In this document: positions 37,519 to 46,888 of the stretch, piece after piece
Position numbering within the stretch: the stretch's first letter is position 1
Layout of the letters: each line of letters starts with the position of its first letter
Notes under the pieces: generated by a model
Databases searched by the model: none
The model's input: the letters and a program-made list of their open reading frames with translations, nothing else
What the model was told of the DNA's origin: nothing
Assembly: GCA_963798925.1 (NCBI GenBank)
Contig: CAWCVD010000007.1
Location: 318,805-382,804, forward strand
DNA: 64,000 bases
Direction of reading: 5' to 3'
Origin: an uncultured Acidobacteriaceae bacterium
Lineage (GTDB): Bacteria > Acidobacteriota > Terriglobia > Terriglobales > Acidobacteriaceae
Made by a program: the position numbers and the translations under genes

Positions 37519-40140
37519 ATGCGTTCTATTCGTTCGGCTCTTTTGTTCCCCGCTCTCCTTGTAGCCTCGGCCCTCACCTCCACCCTCCTCGCCCAGTCCG
37601 CCGTCACCTCGCCCGAAAAATTCTTTGGCTTCCAACTCGGAGCCGATCGCAAGATGGCTCGCTGGGACAAGATCGTCGAATACTACAACCTCATCGAGAA
37701 GCAGAGCGGCGGCAAGATGAAGGTCATCAACATGGGCCCCACCATGAACGGCAATCCCTTCCTCATGGTCATCATCACGTCACCAAAAAACCTGGCGAAC
37801 ATCGACACCATCAAGAAAAACAATCTCACCATCGTCAACCCGCACAGCACGCCTGAAGCCGAGATCAAAAAGCTCATCGCCACCGGCAAAGTCATCGAAG
37901 TCCAGTCCATGAGCATGCACGCCACTGAGATCGGCGGCACGCAGATGGCTCCCGAGCTCGCCTACGATCTCATCACTCGCACGGACGAGGACACCCAGCG
38001 CATCCTTGACAACACCGTCCTGATCGAAGTCCCCTGCTTCAATCCCGACGGCGAGATCATGGTAACCGACTACTACAACTCCACCCTCGGCACGCCATAC
38101 GAGGGATCCAACTATCCCTCCCTCTACGCCAAATACATCGGCCACGACGACAACCGCGACGCTCTCCTCACCTCTATGAACGAGAGTCAGTACATGGCCA
38201 GTCTGCTCTTCACCGGCTGGCGCCCCGAGGTCTACGTCGACCATCACCACCAGGGCAGCTACGGCGCGCGCATCTCCCTCCCGCCCTACGCCGAACCCAC
38301 TCGTCCGTACGCCGACCCGCTCATCTGGCGCGAGGTCGCCTGGTACGGCGCTCAGATGGCCTACAAAGAGACCGAGAACAACTACACCGGAGCCATCAAC
38401 AACGCCATCTACTCCGGCTGGGGACACTTCGGCTTCCACTGGATCACGCCCTTCCACAACATCGACGGCATGCTCACCGAATCCGCCAGTGCGAAGCTAG
38501 CCTCCCCGATGTACATCCTTCCCGAGCAGCTAACCGGCGGTGCCCGCAATCTGCCAAAGTACGAAGAAGAGACCATCTTCCCCGATCCATGGCCCGGCGG
38601 CTGGTGGCACCTTCGCGACATCGTCAACATGCAGAAGACCGCAGCCTGGGCCGCCCTTGATCTCGCCGCCCGCAATCGCGAGACCGTCCTCTGGAACGCC
38701 TACCAGAAGGCAAAAAACCAAACTGCTCGCGGCGCAGCGGCCGACACTCCCAACTACGTCATCCCCAGCATTCAGGAAGATCCCATCACCGCGAACTTCC
38801 TCGTCCAGAAGCTCCTCGTCCAGGGCATCGACATCCAAAAGGCCACCAAGCCCTTCACTTCACCCGACGGACACGCCTATGACGCCGGTTCTTACATCAT
38901 CTCTCTCGCCCAACCGAAGATGGGTCTCATCCGCAATCTCCTCGATCGCAACTTCTTCCCAGACAACGACTGGACCCGAGACAAGAATGGCGATCCCATC
39001 CGTCCCTACGACCTGTCGACCGACAATGTAGCCGAGTTCATGGGCGTCCGCGTCGATCACGTTGCAGGCCCGCTCAACGTCGAAGCGAAACTCATCACCG
39101 AAGCTCCGCTCGCACCCGGAAAGGTCGCTGCAGGTTCGTCCGGCTATCTCCTCAGCGCCAAACTCGACGCCTCCTACAAGGCAGTCAATCTCCTCCAGGC
39201 CAAGGGCGTTGCAGTCAGCCGCATCGTCAAACCAGTCGACGGAGCCACCGTCGGCGACTTCGTCGTAGCTAAAGGCTCCGAAGCCGATATCCGCGAGATC
39301 GCCAAATCCACCGGTGTCGATCTCGCACCTGCCCCCACCATCCCTGCCGACAGCACCATCGCACTCAAGCAGAAGCGCATAGGCCTCTATCAGCGCTACT
39401 ACGGCGGCAACGTCGACGAAGGCTGGACCCGCTGGCTACTCGAGCAGTGGGGCTACAACCCAACCAGTCTCCTCGATCCCGAACTTAAGAAGGGAGACCT
39501 CAATGCAAAGTTCGACGTCATCGTTATCCCCGATGACTCAACCGCCACCCTCACCGGCGAAACCGGAACAGCCGGCGGACAACGAGGCGGCGGGGGAGGT
39601 GGCGAAGGCTTCGGTCGCACCCCCACTGACTACGCCCCCGAGTACCGCAGCGGCTTCGGCGAGGAAGGTATAACTGCGCTCAAGTCTTTCGTCCAGAAAG
39701 GTGGCACTATCGTCACCCTCGGGACCGCCAGCGACTTCGCCATCGAAAAACTCGGAGTCCACGCGCGCAACATCGTAGGCAACCTGCCCACCAAGCAGTT
39801 CTGGTGCCCCGGCTCCACCCTCAAAGTCTCCGTCGATCCAACCAACCCACTAGGTTACGGTATGCCCAAACAGAGCCTCGCGCTCTACCTTCAGGGCGAC
39901 CCCGTATTCCAGATCACCCCAACCAACTCCAACGAACGCTACTCTGTCATTGTCAGCTACGAAAAAAGAGACATTCTGCAGAGCGGCTGGCTCGTAGGCG
40001 AAGGCAACATTACAGGAAAAGCTGCCATGATCTCCGCCGAAATGGGTAAGGGCAAAGTCATCCTCATTGGCTTCCGCGCCCAGCACCGCGCCCAGACCTA
40101 CGGAACCTTCAAACTCTTCTTCAACAGCTTGACCAACTAG
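37519..40140 (+). CDS. large secreted M14-family zinc carboxypeptidase-like protein
   Basis: Signal peptide; HxxE zinc motif in SMHATEIGG; 873 aa with a long C-terminal extension. Confidence 0.75.
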   Translation: MRSIRSALLFPALLVASALTSTLLAQSAVTSPEKFFGFQLGADRKMARWDKIVEYYNLIEKQSGGKMKVINMGPTMNGNPFLMVIITSPKNLANIDTIKKNNLTIVNPHSTPEAEIKKLIATGKVIEVQSMSMHATEIGGTQMAPELAYDLITRTDEDTQRILDNTVLIEVPCFNPDGEIMVTDYYNSTLGTPYEGSNYPSLYAKYIGHDDNRDALLTSMNESQYMASLLFTGWRPEVYVDHHHQGSYGARISLPPYAEPTRPYADPLIWREVAWYGAQMAYKETENNYTGAINNAIYSGWGHFGFHWITPFHNIDGMLTESASAKLASPMYILPEQLTGGARNLPKYEEETIFPDPWPGGWWHLRDIVNMQKTAAWAALDLAARNRETVLWNAYQKAKNQTARGAAADTPNYVIPSIQEDPITANFLVQKLLVQGIDIQKATKPFTSPDGHAYDAGSYIISLAQPKMGLIRNLLDRNFFPDNDWTRDKNGDPIRPYDLSTDNVAEFMGVRVDHVAGPLNVEAKLITEAPLAPGKVAAGSSGYLLSAKLDASYKAVNLLQAKGVAVSRIVKPVDGATVGDFVVAKGSEADIREIAKSTGVDLAPAPTIPADSTIALKQKRIGLYQRYYGGNVDEGWTRWLLEQWGYNPTSLLDPELKKGDLNAKFDVIVIPDDSTATLTGETGTAGGQRGGGGGGEGFGRTPTDYAPEYRSGFGEEGITALKSFVQKGGTIVTLGTASDFAIEKLGVHARNIVGNLPTKQFWCPGSTLKVSVDPTNPLGYGMPKQSLALYLQGDPVFQITPTNSNERYSVIVSYEKRDILQSGWLVGEGNITGKAAMISAEMGKGKVILIGFRAQHRAQTYGTFKLFFNSLTN

Positions 40141-40172
40141 AAAACGGGCAAAAGATACCCACAACACCGAAA

Positions 40173-40212
40173 AGCCTGATCTTCGCATTCCTCGCGAAGA
40201 TCGGGCTTTTTT
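40173..40212 (+). terminator. rho-independent terminator
   Basis: AGCCTGATCTTCGC / GCGAAGATCGGGCT stem followed by T6. Confidence 0.75.
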
Positions 40213-40277
40213 CAGTCGATCATCCCCTCGTCGGCAATCAGAAGCTTAGGCTTTCTTGCAAAAAATATCCCTTTGGG

Positions 40278-40317
40278 TTGACATCCGACCCAAACGAGGT
40301 CAATACTTGGGTCGGAT
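40278..40317 (+). promoter_or_regulatory. candidate promoter (-35 TTGACA, -10 AATACT) embraced by a 10-bp inverted repeat operator; probably a leaderless padR
   Basis: TTGACA 40278-83 and AATACT 40302-07 (18-nt spacer). ATCCGACCCA 40283-92 pairs with TGGGTCGGAT 40308-17. The last repeat bases overlap the ATG at 40316. Confidence 0.4.
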
Positions 40318-40687
40318 GGCTACCCAGGACAATAACGACGAACGCATCGCCTTATTGCAGGGCACTCTCGACCTGCTGATCCTCAAGACACTTGTGCTCG
40401 GGCCGTGCCATGGGCAGGGGGTCGCGCGCCTGATTCAACGCCAGTCCGAAGAGGTATTTCTTGTCGACCATGGTTCGCTCTATCTCGCGCTGCAGCGTTT
40501 AGAAGATAAGAAGTGGATCAGCGCGAAGTGGGGAGTTAGCGAGAACAACCGCAAAGCCAGGTTCTACTCCCTGACGCCGAAAGGCCGCGAACAACTCGTC
40601 GCAAAGACGAGCGAGTGGCAGCGTCTGACTCGCGCCATGGGTTTAATTCTGGATTCAAGCAAGGGGCCACTCAACGAGGAGGCTTAG
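40316..40687 (+). CDS. PadR family transcriptional regulator (second copy)
   Basis: [26 protein letters not shown]...[38 protein letters not shown] 40316 within ORF 40256..40687. Confidence 0.9.
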   Translation: MATQDNNDERIALLQGTLDLLILKTLVLGPCHGQGVARLIQRQSEEVFLVDHGSLYLALQRLEDKKWISAKWGVSENNRKARFYSLTPKGREQLVAKTSEWQRLTRAMGLILDSSKGPLNEEA

Positions 40688-40689
40688 CT

Positions 40690-43325
40690 ATGTTCTGGCG
40701 CAAGCGGAGTGCAGAGGATTTCGCCGAAGAGATCAAGGCACATCTTGAACTCGAAGCAGAGGACCTGAAGCGCGAAGGTTTGAGCGAGGAAGAGGCGCGG
40801 TGGAAGGCCCGGCGTGAGTTCGGCAATGTGCGGCGCGCGCAGGAACAGTTCTATGTGAAGGGACGCTTCGTCTGGCTGGACAGCCTATCGCACGACCTGC
40901 GATTTGCTCTTCGCCAGATGCGCCGTTCTCCCGCCTTTGCCGTTACCGCGGTCCTTACCCTGGCGCTGGGGATTGCCGCAAACGTGATCGTCTTCGGTGT
41001 GCTGCAGGCTCTGGTCCTGCGGACACTCGATGTGCCACATGCCGATCAGGTAATGACGCTCGCCCGTACCGATCAGACCTATCCGATCTTTTCTTTTCCG
41101 GAAGTCCGCGATGTCCGCGATGGAAATACGGTATTTTCTGCCGTCGCCGCCTGGAATGTCGACAATTTTGGCCTGGAGGCCAATGGCGTTACTCGGCCCG
41201 TATGGGGAGACACGGTAAGCGGGCAATACTTCGAGGTCGTTGGCATCAAGCCGTTCCTCGGGCGTCTGCTGCAGCGCGCCGATGACGACCATCCCGGAGC
41301 TTCAGAGACTGCGGTGCTCTCATGGGCAGCCTGGAAGAGTGATTTCGGCGCGGACCCCGACATCGTCGGGAAAGATAATCCGCCTCAACAAGCATCCATA
41401 CACGATCGTCGGTGTCACCCCGGAAGGCTTCAACGGGACTGAAAAATTTCTGCAGCCTGATCATCTTTGTTCCGATGGCGAACGAAGCATCGCTGGACGG
41501 GGGCAACTGGCTTGAGTCGCGCAACAATCATCAAGTCTTTTCTATCGTGCGCATCAAGGACGGGGTCACGATGCCCCAGGTGCAGGCTGAACTGAATACG
41601 ATTGCTGCCCGCATCCGACGGCAATATCCAAAAGAAGAAGAGAAGCTGGGATTCAAGCTCACTCGTCCAGGCCTGATGGGCGACTTTTTTGGTGGCCCGG
41701 TGCGCGGTTTTCTGGCTGGGGTACTGGGGCTGGCAGGTATTGTCCTGCTCGCCGCCTGCGCCAACCTCGGCAGCCTGTTCGCAGCGCGCACCGCGGACCG
41801 CGCTCGCGAGATTGCCATCCGCATGGCTATTGGATCGAGCCGCTGGAGGGTTGTCCGTCAGATTTTTGCCGAGGCCCTTGTGATCTCGGTGCTCGGAGGT
41901 GCCTGCGCCTGTGGTTTGGCGTGGATCGCCCTCACCGGTTTGGCTAATTGGCACCCACCCACTGAATACCCTTTCAGCTTCCATGTTCAACCGCAGCCGT
42001 CTTTGATCTTAATGGCGTTGCTGATCTCGCTCCTCGCCGCTCTACTCTTCGGGGTAATGCCTCTGCGGCAGATCTTCAAAACCGATCCAAATGACGCGAT
42101 AAAAAACGGTGGAACTCAATCTTCGGGCGGACGCCGCTGGGCGCTTCGCGATGTCCTGCTGGCGGCACAGATCGCTCTCTGCTGCGTCACCGTCACGGCT
42201 GCCTTTGTCTCTCTGCGCGGCCTCGCCAGGGCGCTGACGATGAATATGGGTATCAATCCGAAGCAGGCCGTCGTGACGAAATTCGAGCTCAGCCAGGCTG
42301 GCTACTCGAGCGTCGCGGCCGATCAGTTCCAGCGTCAGTTGGAGGAAAGGGTGGCGCAGCTCCCGGGAGTGGAAGCAGTAGCCTACGCTGACGCCACGCC
42401 GCTTTCCCAGGATGCGTCTTCTACTCCGAATATCTTCTCGCAACAGACCGCAGATCTCAGACCCTCAAACCGGGCGTTCAACGCCTACGGATTCAACGTG
42501 TCCCCTGGATACTTTATTGCCGCGGAAACATCTCTGCTCGCTGGACGCGACGTAAGTTTCGCCGACACTCCGAAGACTCCGCCCGTGGTTGTTGTGAACC
42601 AGGAGTTCGCTCGCCGCCTCTTCCACTCCGACCAGGCCGTCGGCCAATATTTTAAAAGCTCAACCGGCGAGTCCATCCAGATCGTAGGCATCGTAGCCGA
42701 TGGAAGATACTTCACCCTCAGTGAAGATCAGGAACCCGCAGTGTTCTTCCCGATCTCGCAACGCCCAGGTACCAAGACATCCCTCATCGTCAGGACCCAT
42801 GCGGATTCCTCCGAAGCGACCACGAACGATATCGCAGCCACTATTCGCAAGGTGATCCGCGATCTCGATCCCACCATTCCGGTCCGGGAATCGAGTGCCT
42901 GGAAAAACCAACTCGGACTGACCTTCTTTCCATCCCAGGTGGCTACCGTCGCCCTCGGCCTCTTCGGCGCCTTTGGGTTGCTGCTCTCGATCACGGGCAC
43001 CTTCGGCCTCGCGTCCTACACCGTCAGCAAGCGGCTGCGCGAACTGAGCATCCGCGTCGCCCTCGGGGCGCAGGCGAAACAGATTCTCTCGGCCGCGCTC
43101 GGTCGCATGCTCATCCTGCTAGCCAGCGGTTCTGTTGTCGGAATGCTGCTCGGTGTGGCCGCAAGCCGACTGCTCTCGGCTATCGTCTACCAGGCCACAG
43201 CGCAGGACCCATTCGTCCTCGCTGCTGTCGCATTAACTCTTCTGCTCACAGGATCACTTTCGGTCGCTGGTCCCGTCAGACGCGCTCTGCACGTCGACCC
43301 GGCAAACGTGCTCCGCGAACAGTAA
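40690..43325 (+). pseudogene. ADOP-family duplicated permease interrupted by two frameshifts
   Basis: ORF 40615..41442 (from ATG 40690, MFWRKRSAEDFAEEIKAHLELE) ends at ...DPDIVGK. The family continuation IIRLNKHPYTIVGVTPEGFNGTEKFLQPD is in ORF 41240..41515, and IIFVPMANEASLDGGNWLESRNNH... is in ORF 41412..43325. Confidence 0.75.
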
Positions 43326-43440
43326 TCAACTTCAGCCCCGGAACGGCGCACCTCATGTGAGAAATCCCACATCAACATCGTCGTGGCAAACGCCGTCACG
43401 AAGCATTGAGGCTGCCTGTAATATTTTTTTCGCGTTTTTA

Positions 43441-43696
43441 GCCCAAAAAATGCATGTCAAGTCCCAAAACCAACTAAACCATTACACTGCAACAATATCC
43501 ACGTGGCATTTTAGTTTCACGCAACCCGTTAGAATAGATATATAGATCAAATAAGAGGCCCCGGACATCGGTCCGGGGCTAACCTTTTGGAATCAAGACT
43601 TTAGTCGAAGTATCCTTTGTTTTGAGGAGTTTGCAGTAGAAGTCCAAAGCTAAGTCTCAATTTTGCAAGACTTTACACGATTTCGAGGAGGGAGGG
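43441..43696 (+). repeat. left arm of the inverted repeat flanking the motility module
   Basis: 43441-43551 matches rc 52325-52435 at 89/111 positions (hand count). Patchy similarity continues to 43696. Confidence 0.8.
43557..43590. terminator. GC-rich hairpin (probable bidirectional terminator) inside the left repeat
   Basis: GCCCCGGAC-atcg-GTCCGGGGC with T-rich runs on both sides. Lies between convergent genes. Confidence 0.5.
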
Positions 43697-43706
43697 AAAT
43701 GCAGTC

Positions 43707-44159
43707 TCAGAACGCCAATACGACCCCAAATACATTCCCTTGGAAGGAGTAGTTCCGACTGAATTTGGTTCCAAACTGAGTCCGATATCCCTCAAGCCCC
43801 TCCCGGGTCACCGCAGGAGTCGAGATCGAGCAGTTCGAATCAGGCGAAGCCAGTTTGCTCTTCCAGCCGCCGGCAATCATGTTGCACAGTTCGCCGATAG
43901 CATCGTCGACCATCGGGTCGTGCGGCTCGGACGGGGTGCCCAGCAGAGCCTCCGCAGTCACCGACGCCGTCGCCTGACTCGCATAGAGCAGACACTCCCC
44001 GGCGACAGCGCCCGTAAATTGAATTCTGGCCACAATCCTTCCCTCGACGGTGTCAACCTCGCCCTCCAACGGATCGCAGCTTCGCTCCAGCATCGTCTCA
44101 AACACCTCCGAGACAGCGGAATCCAACTGGGTCATCGCCTCATCCTTCACTCTCGTCAC
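43707..44159 (-). CDS. cheX: CheX-like chemotaxis phosphatase (CheC/CheX/FliY superfamily)
   Basis: VSEVFETML ... DAIGELCNMIAGGWKS motif; about 150 aa. Sits directly downstream of a CheY-like gene. Confidence 0.75.
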   Translation of the reverse strand: MTRVKDEAMTQLDSAVSEVFETMLERSCDPLEGEVDTVEGRIVARIQFTGAVAGECLLYASQATASVTAEALLGTPSEPHDPMVDDAIGELCNMIAGGWKSKLASPDSNCSISTPAVTREGLEGYRTQFGTKFSRNYSFQGNVFGVVLAF

Positions 44160-44208
44160 GCTCGTCCTCTTCTCGCTTCAAATTTGAATCCAATATCCAA
44201 CAAAACAT

Positions 44209-44685
44209 CTAAGCCGCCCGAAGTAGGGGAAGCACCCGCATCTTCACCTGCTCCGCAGTAAACGGCTTGCAAATATAACCCTGAGCGCCCGCAGCTATCG
44301 CGCGCAGAACAAACGTCTCGTTATTTTCGGTCGTAATCATCACCACCGGAACCCCCTCGGCAAGGTTCTCCTGCCGCCGCGTCTCGAGAAACTGCAGTCC
44401 ATCCATCACCGGCATATTGATGTCACTCAGAATCAATGCCAGTGAAGAAGCACCCTGATTCTCCCGAAGGACCTGCAATCCCTCCTCGCCGTTTGAGGCC
44501 TGCAATACTTCAGTAAGCTCAAGCCCGGCCTGTCGCAGAGCCCGCTCAACTACCTTCCTCATCACCGCCGAATCATCCACAATCAGAGCTCGCAACCGAC
44601 CCTCCCCAAATCTGCACCCAGTCTGTATCTGGTCTGAGATCACTATCGGCATTCCATCCGCAGACTTGAGCTCGACCCTTAGCAT
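44209..44685 (-). CDS. cheY: CheY-like single-domain response regulator with ~30-aa N-terminal extension
   Basis: ALIVDDSAVMRK, LILSDINMPVMDG, ICKPF receiver signature. Confidence 0.85.
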   Translation of the reverse strand: MLRVELKSADGMPIVISDQIQTGCRFGEGRLRALIVDDSAVMRKVVERALRQAGLELTEVLQASNGEEGLQVLRENQGASSLALILSDINMPVMDGLQFLETRRQENLAEGVPVVMITTENNETFVLRAIAAGAQGYICKPFTAEQVKMRVLPLLRAA

Positions 44686-44711
44686 CCTCTAACCTACGCT
44701 CCCCAGACTTC

Positions 44712-44726
44712 GGCCAACCAACTGCA
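44712..44726 (+). promoter_or_regulatory. possible sigma-54 (-24/-12) promoter for flgF
   Basis: cGGCCaaccaacTGCAt has GG (44712-13) and TGC (44723-25) spaced as in TGGCAC-N5-TTGCA. It lies in a 53-nt divergent gap. The predicted +1 is about 2 nt before the flgF ATG, which lacks an SD. Confidence 0.3.
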
Positions 44727-44738
44727 TATCCCAGTAGC

Positions 44739-45494
44739 ATGGACAGCGGACTCTACGCAGCTTATACAGGTCTACTCGCGAGAACCCAGGCGCTCGACAC
44801 CGCAGCCAATAATCTCGCCAATGCTGGAACAGTGGGCTTCCGGGCTCAGCGTGACTACTTCAGTGGAGTATTGGCAGGAGGTCTCGATCAGGATCCCGCG
44901 ACCGCCTCTCAGGTAGGCCAATCCGTCAACGGATTTGGTGTCCTCGGGGGCAATCGGCTCGATCTCGGACAGGGAGAGATCGAGGCCACAGGCAATCCGC
45001 TCGACCTTGCCCTCCAGGGTCAGGGCTTCTTCGCCATCCAGACTGCCAACGGTATCCGTTACACACGTGATGGTGCCTTCTCCCGTTCCTCCACGGGTGT
45101 CCTCCAGACCGCACAGGGCGAACCGGTCCTCGACACCACCCAGAAGCCCATCACCATCCCCACCGGTAGCGTCTACGTGGCGCCAGATGGCACTATCTCG
45201 GTCTCTACACCCGACGGCAGCGCCATTGTAGGGAGGGTGGGTGCCTACGACTTCGCAGAAAAATCTGTTCTAACCGCGGAAGGTGCGAATCGCTTCTCTG
45301 CCAACGGAGCAAAGCCGATTCCAGCAGCCGCAGCCGTTGAGCAGGGCTCTGTTGAAGGAGCCAACGAAGACGCCATTCACGGGACGATGCAGCTGGTCTT
45401 GGTTCAACGGCAGGCAGAGATGATGCAAAAGGCGCTCAGCGTCTTCAACAACGACTTTGACAAGACCGCATCCGAGGACATTCCCAGAGTCTGA
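44739..45494 (+). CDS. flgF: flagellar basal-body rod protein FlgF
   Basis: N-terminal ALDTAANNLANAGTVGFR and C-terminal GSVEGANEDAIHGTMQLVLVQRQAEM rod-protein signatures. Confidence 0.85.
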   Translation: MDSGLYAAYTGLLARTQALDTAANNLANAGTVGFRAQRDYFSGVLAGGLDQDPATASQVGQSVNGFGVLGGNRLDLGQGEIEATGNPLDLALQGQGFFAIQTANGIRYTRDGAFSRSSTGVLQTAQGEPVLDTTQKPITIPTGSVYVAPDGTISVSTPDGSAIVGRVGAYDFAEKSVLTAEGANRFSANGAKPIPAAAAVEQGSVEGANEDAIHGTMQLVLVQRQAEMMQKALSVFNNDFDKTASEDIPRV

Positions 45495-45544
45495 TGCGCA
45501 TGACAGCTGGAGACCTCAGCTTTCCCGACATAAAGGAGCCAGTA

Positions 45545-46333
45545 ATGATTCGAGCGTTATACACCGCAGCAAGTGGAATGAGTGCCCAGCAGACCAATCT
45601 GGACACAATAGCTAACAACCTCGCCAACTCGGCCACTGCAGGATTTCGGCAGCGGCAGGTGCAGTTTGAGGACATGATCTACCAAAACCTAATCACGCCA
45701 GGCTCGGCGCAGACTCAACAAACCCTCTCCGCGGGGCTGCAAGTTGGCCTTGGAACTAAGTCGGCCGCAAGTGAAGTAATCATGACTCAAGGCGACTTCA
45801 ACCAGACCGGAAATACATTGGATCTTGCCATCCAGGGTGCAGGCTTCTTCCAGGTATCCCGGCCTGACGGCACCATCGCCTACACACGAGCAGGAAACTT
45901 CCACATGAGCAATCAGGGCACGATTGTGACTGCTGATGGTGATACCATCCTGCCCGCGATCACGATCCCATCGAACGCAACCTCGCCAAGCATCTCTAAA
46001 TACGGGGTGGTGTCAGCCGTACTTGCTGGCCAAACAAATCCCACCCAACTAGGCACGATCCAATTGGCAACGTTTGCCAACCCCGGAGGTCTGAGTTCCG
46101 TGGGCAGCAACCTCCTTGAGCAAACCGCGTCCTCAGGAAACCCGATTACCGACACCCCGGGTGGCACCAGCGGAATGGGCACCTTGCAATCGGGCTCATT
46201 GGAAACCTCAAATGTCGACGTTGTTGCAGCGTTTGTGCAAATGATTCTGGCGCAACGCGCTTACGAAAGTAATTCAAAGGTCATCCACGTGGCTGACGAT
46301 ATGTATTCACAAATTAACAGTCTGATCCGGTAG
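45545..46333 (+). CDS. flgG: flagellar basal-body rod protein FlgG
   Basis: MIRALYTAASGMSAQQTNLDTIANNLANSATAGF ... LETSNVDVVAAFVQMILAQRAYESNSKV. AAGGAG upstream of ATG 45545. Confidence 0.9.
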   Translation: MIRALYTAASGMSAQQTNLDTIANNLANSATAGFRQRQVQFEDMIYQNLITPGSAQTQQTLSAGLQVGLGTKSAASEVIMTQGDFNQTGNTLDLAIQGAGFFQVSRPDGTIAYTRAGNFHMSNQGTIVTADGDTILPAITIPSNATSPSISKYGVVSAVLAGQTNPTQLGTIQLATFANPGGLSSVGSNLLEQTASSGNPITDTPGGTSGMGTLQSGSLETSNVDVVAAFVQMILAQRAYESNSKVIHVADDMYSQINSLIR

Positions 46334-46339
46334 GAATCG

Positions 46340-46888
46340 ATGATCCGTAAACTTTGCGTACAAAGCAGACATATAGGCTTGACCTCCTTACTCATGTGCC
46401 GCATTGCCTGTGTCGGCAGTTTTGCGAAAGCAAATTGCTCTAACCCGCCCATTTCGACAACCGACACAGTTCATATTAGTTCGGTTTTGCCGTCGACCCT
46501 CGCGAATATCGGTTACAGAGTAACCAATATTCGGTCGGATTCAGTGCTGGGAGAGGCATGGGCAACCATCTCTAACTGTTCTCACCCGGATTGGCCGGAA
46601 TTTGCCCTTCCAGTTAATGGAAAAGGTTGGACTAGCAAATCTCAAGAAGCATCTTCCCCTTCGATCCATGACGCTAAAGGCCATGTCATTCACGCCGGCG
46701 AAATCGTTCAGCTATGGAAACAGGAGACCAGCTTACGCATTGAGACTCTGGGAGTTTCAGAGGAAAATGGCGGCTTGGGCGAGACGATTCGAGTACGGTT
46801 ATTGCGCAGAAGCACTGGCGGTCAATCTGGGCCAGAGGATCTCTCGGGAGTGGTCCGGGGTCCGTCGAATGTGGAGATACAGCAGTGA
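46340..46888 (+). CDS. flgA: flagellar P-ring formation chaperone FlgA
   Basis: Position between flgG and flgH. C-terminal SAF-like VIHAGEIVQLWKQETSLRIETLGVSEENGGLGETIRVRL. Confidence 0.7.
   Translation: MIRKLCVQSRHIGLTSLLMCRIACVGSFAKANCSNPPISTTDTVHISSVLPSTLANIGYRVTNIRSDSVLGEAWATISNCSHPDWPEFALPVNGKGWTSKSQEASSPSIHDAKGHVIHAGEIVQLWKQETSLRIETLGVSEENGGLGETIRVRLLRRSTGGQSGPEDLSGVVRGPSNVEIQQ

Noticed and set aside
43357-43545. 62-aa ORF inside the left inverted-repeat arm (possible small protein)
   Set aside because: The corresponding frame in the right arm is broken by stops and frame differences despite about 80 percent nucleotide identity, so conservation is at the DNA/RNA level.
43530-43552. 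dif-like XerCD site (TTAGAATAGATATATAGATCAAA)
   Set aside because: It only loosely resembles known dif sites. The XerD-arm consensus TTATGTTAAAT is not matched, it occurs twice in the window, and the skew polarity is of origin type rather than terminus type.
43326-43706. oriC in the AT-rich convergent gap (because of the skew reversal)
   Set aside because: I found only isolated near-matches to TTATCCACA (for example ATATCCACG at about 43496 and GGATCCACA at 52623). There is no cluster, no dnaA/dnaN nearby, and the gap lies between gene 3' ends. I kept only the skew reversal as a finding.
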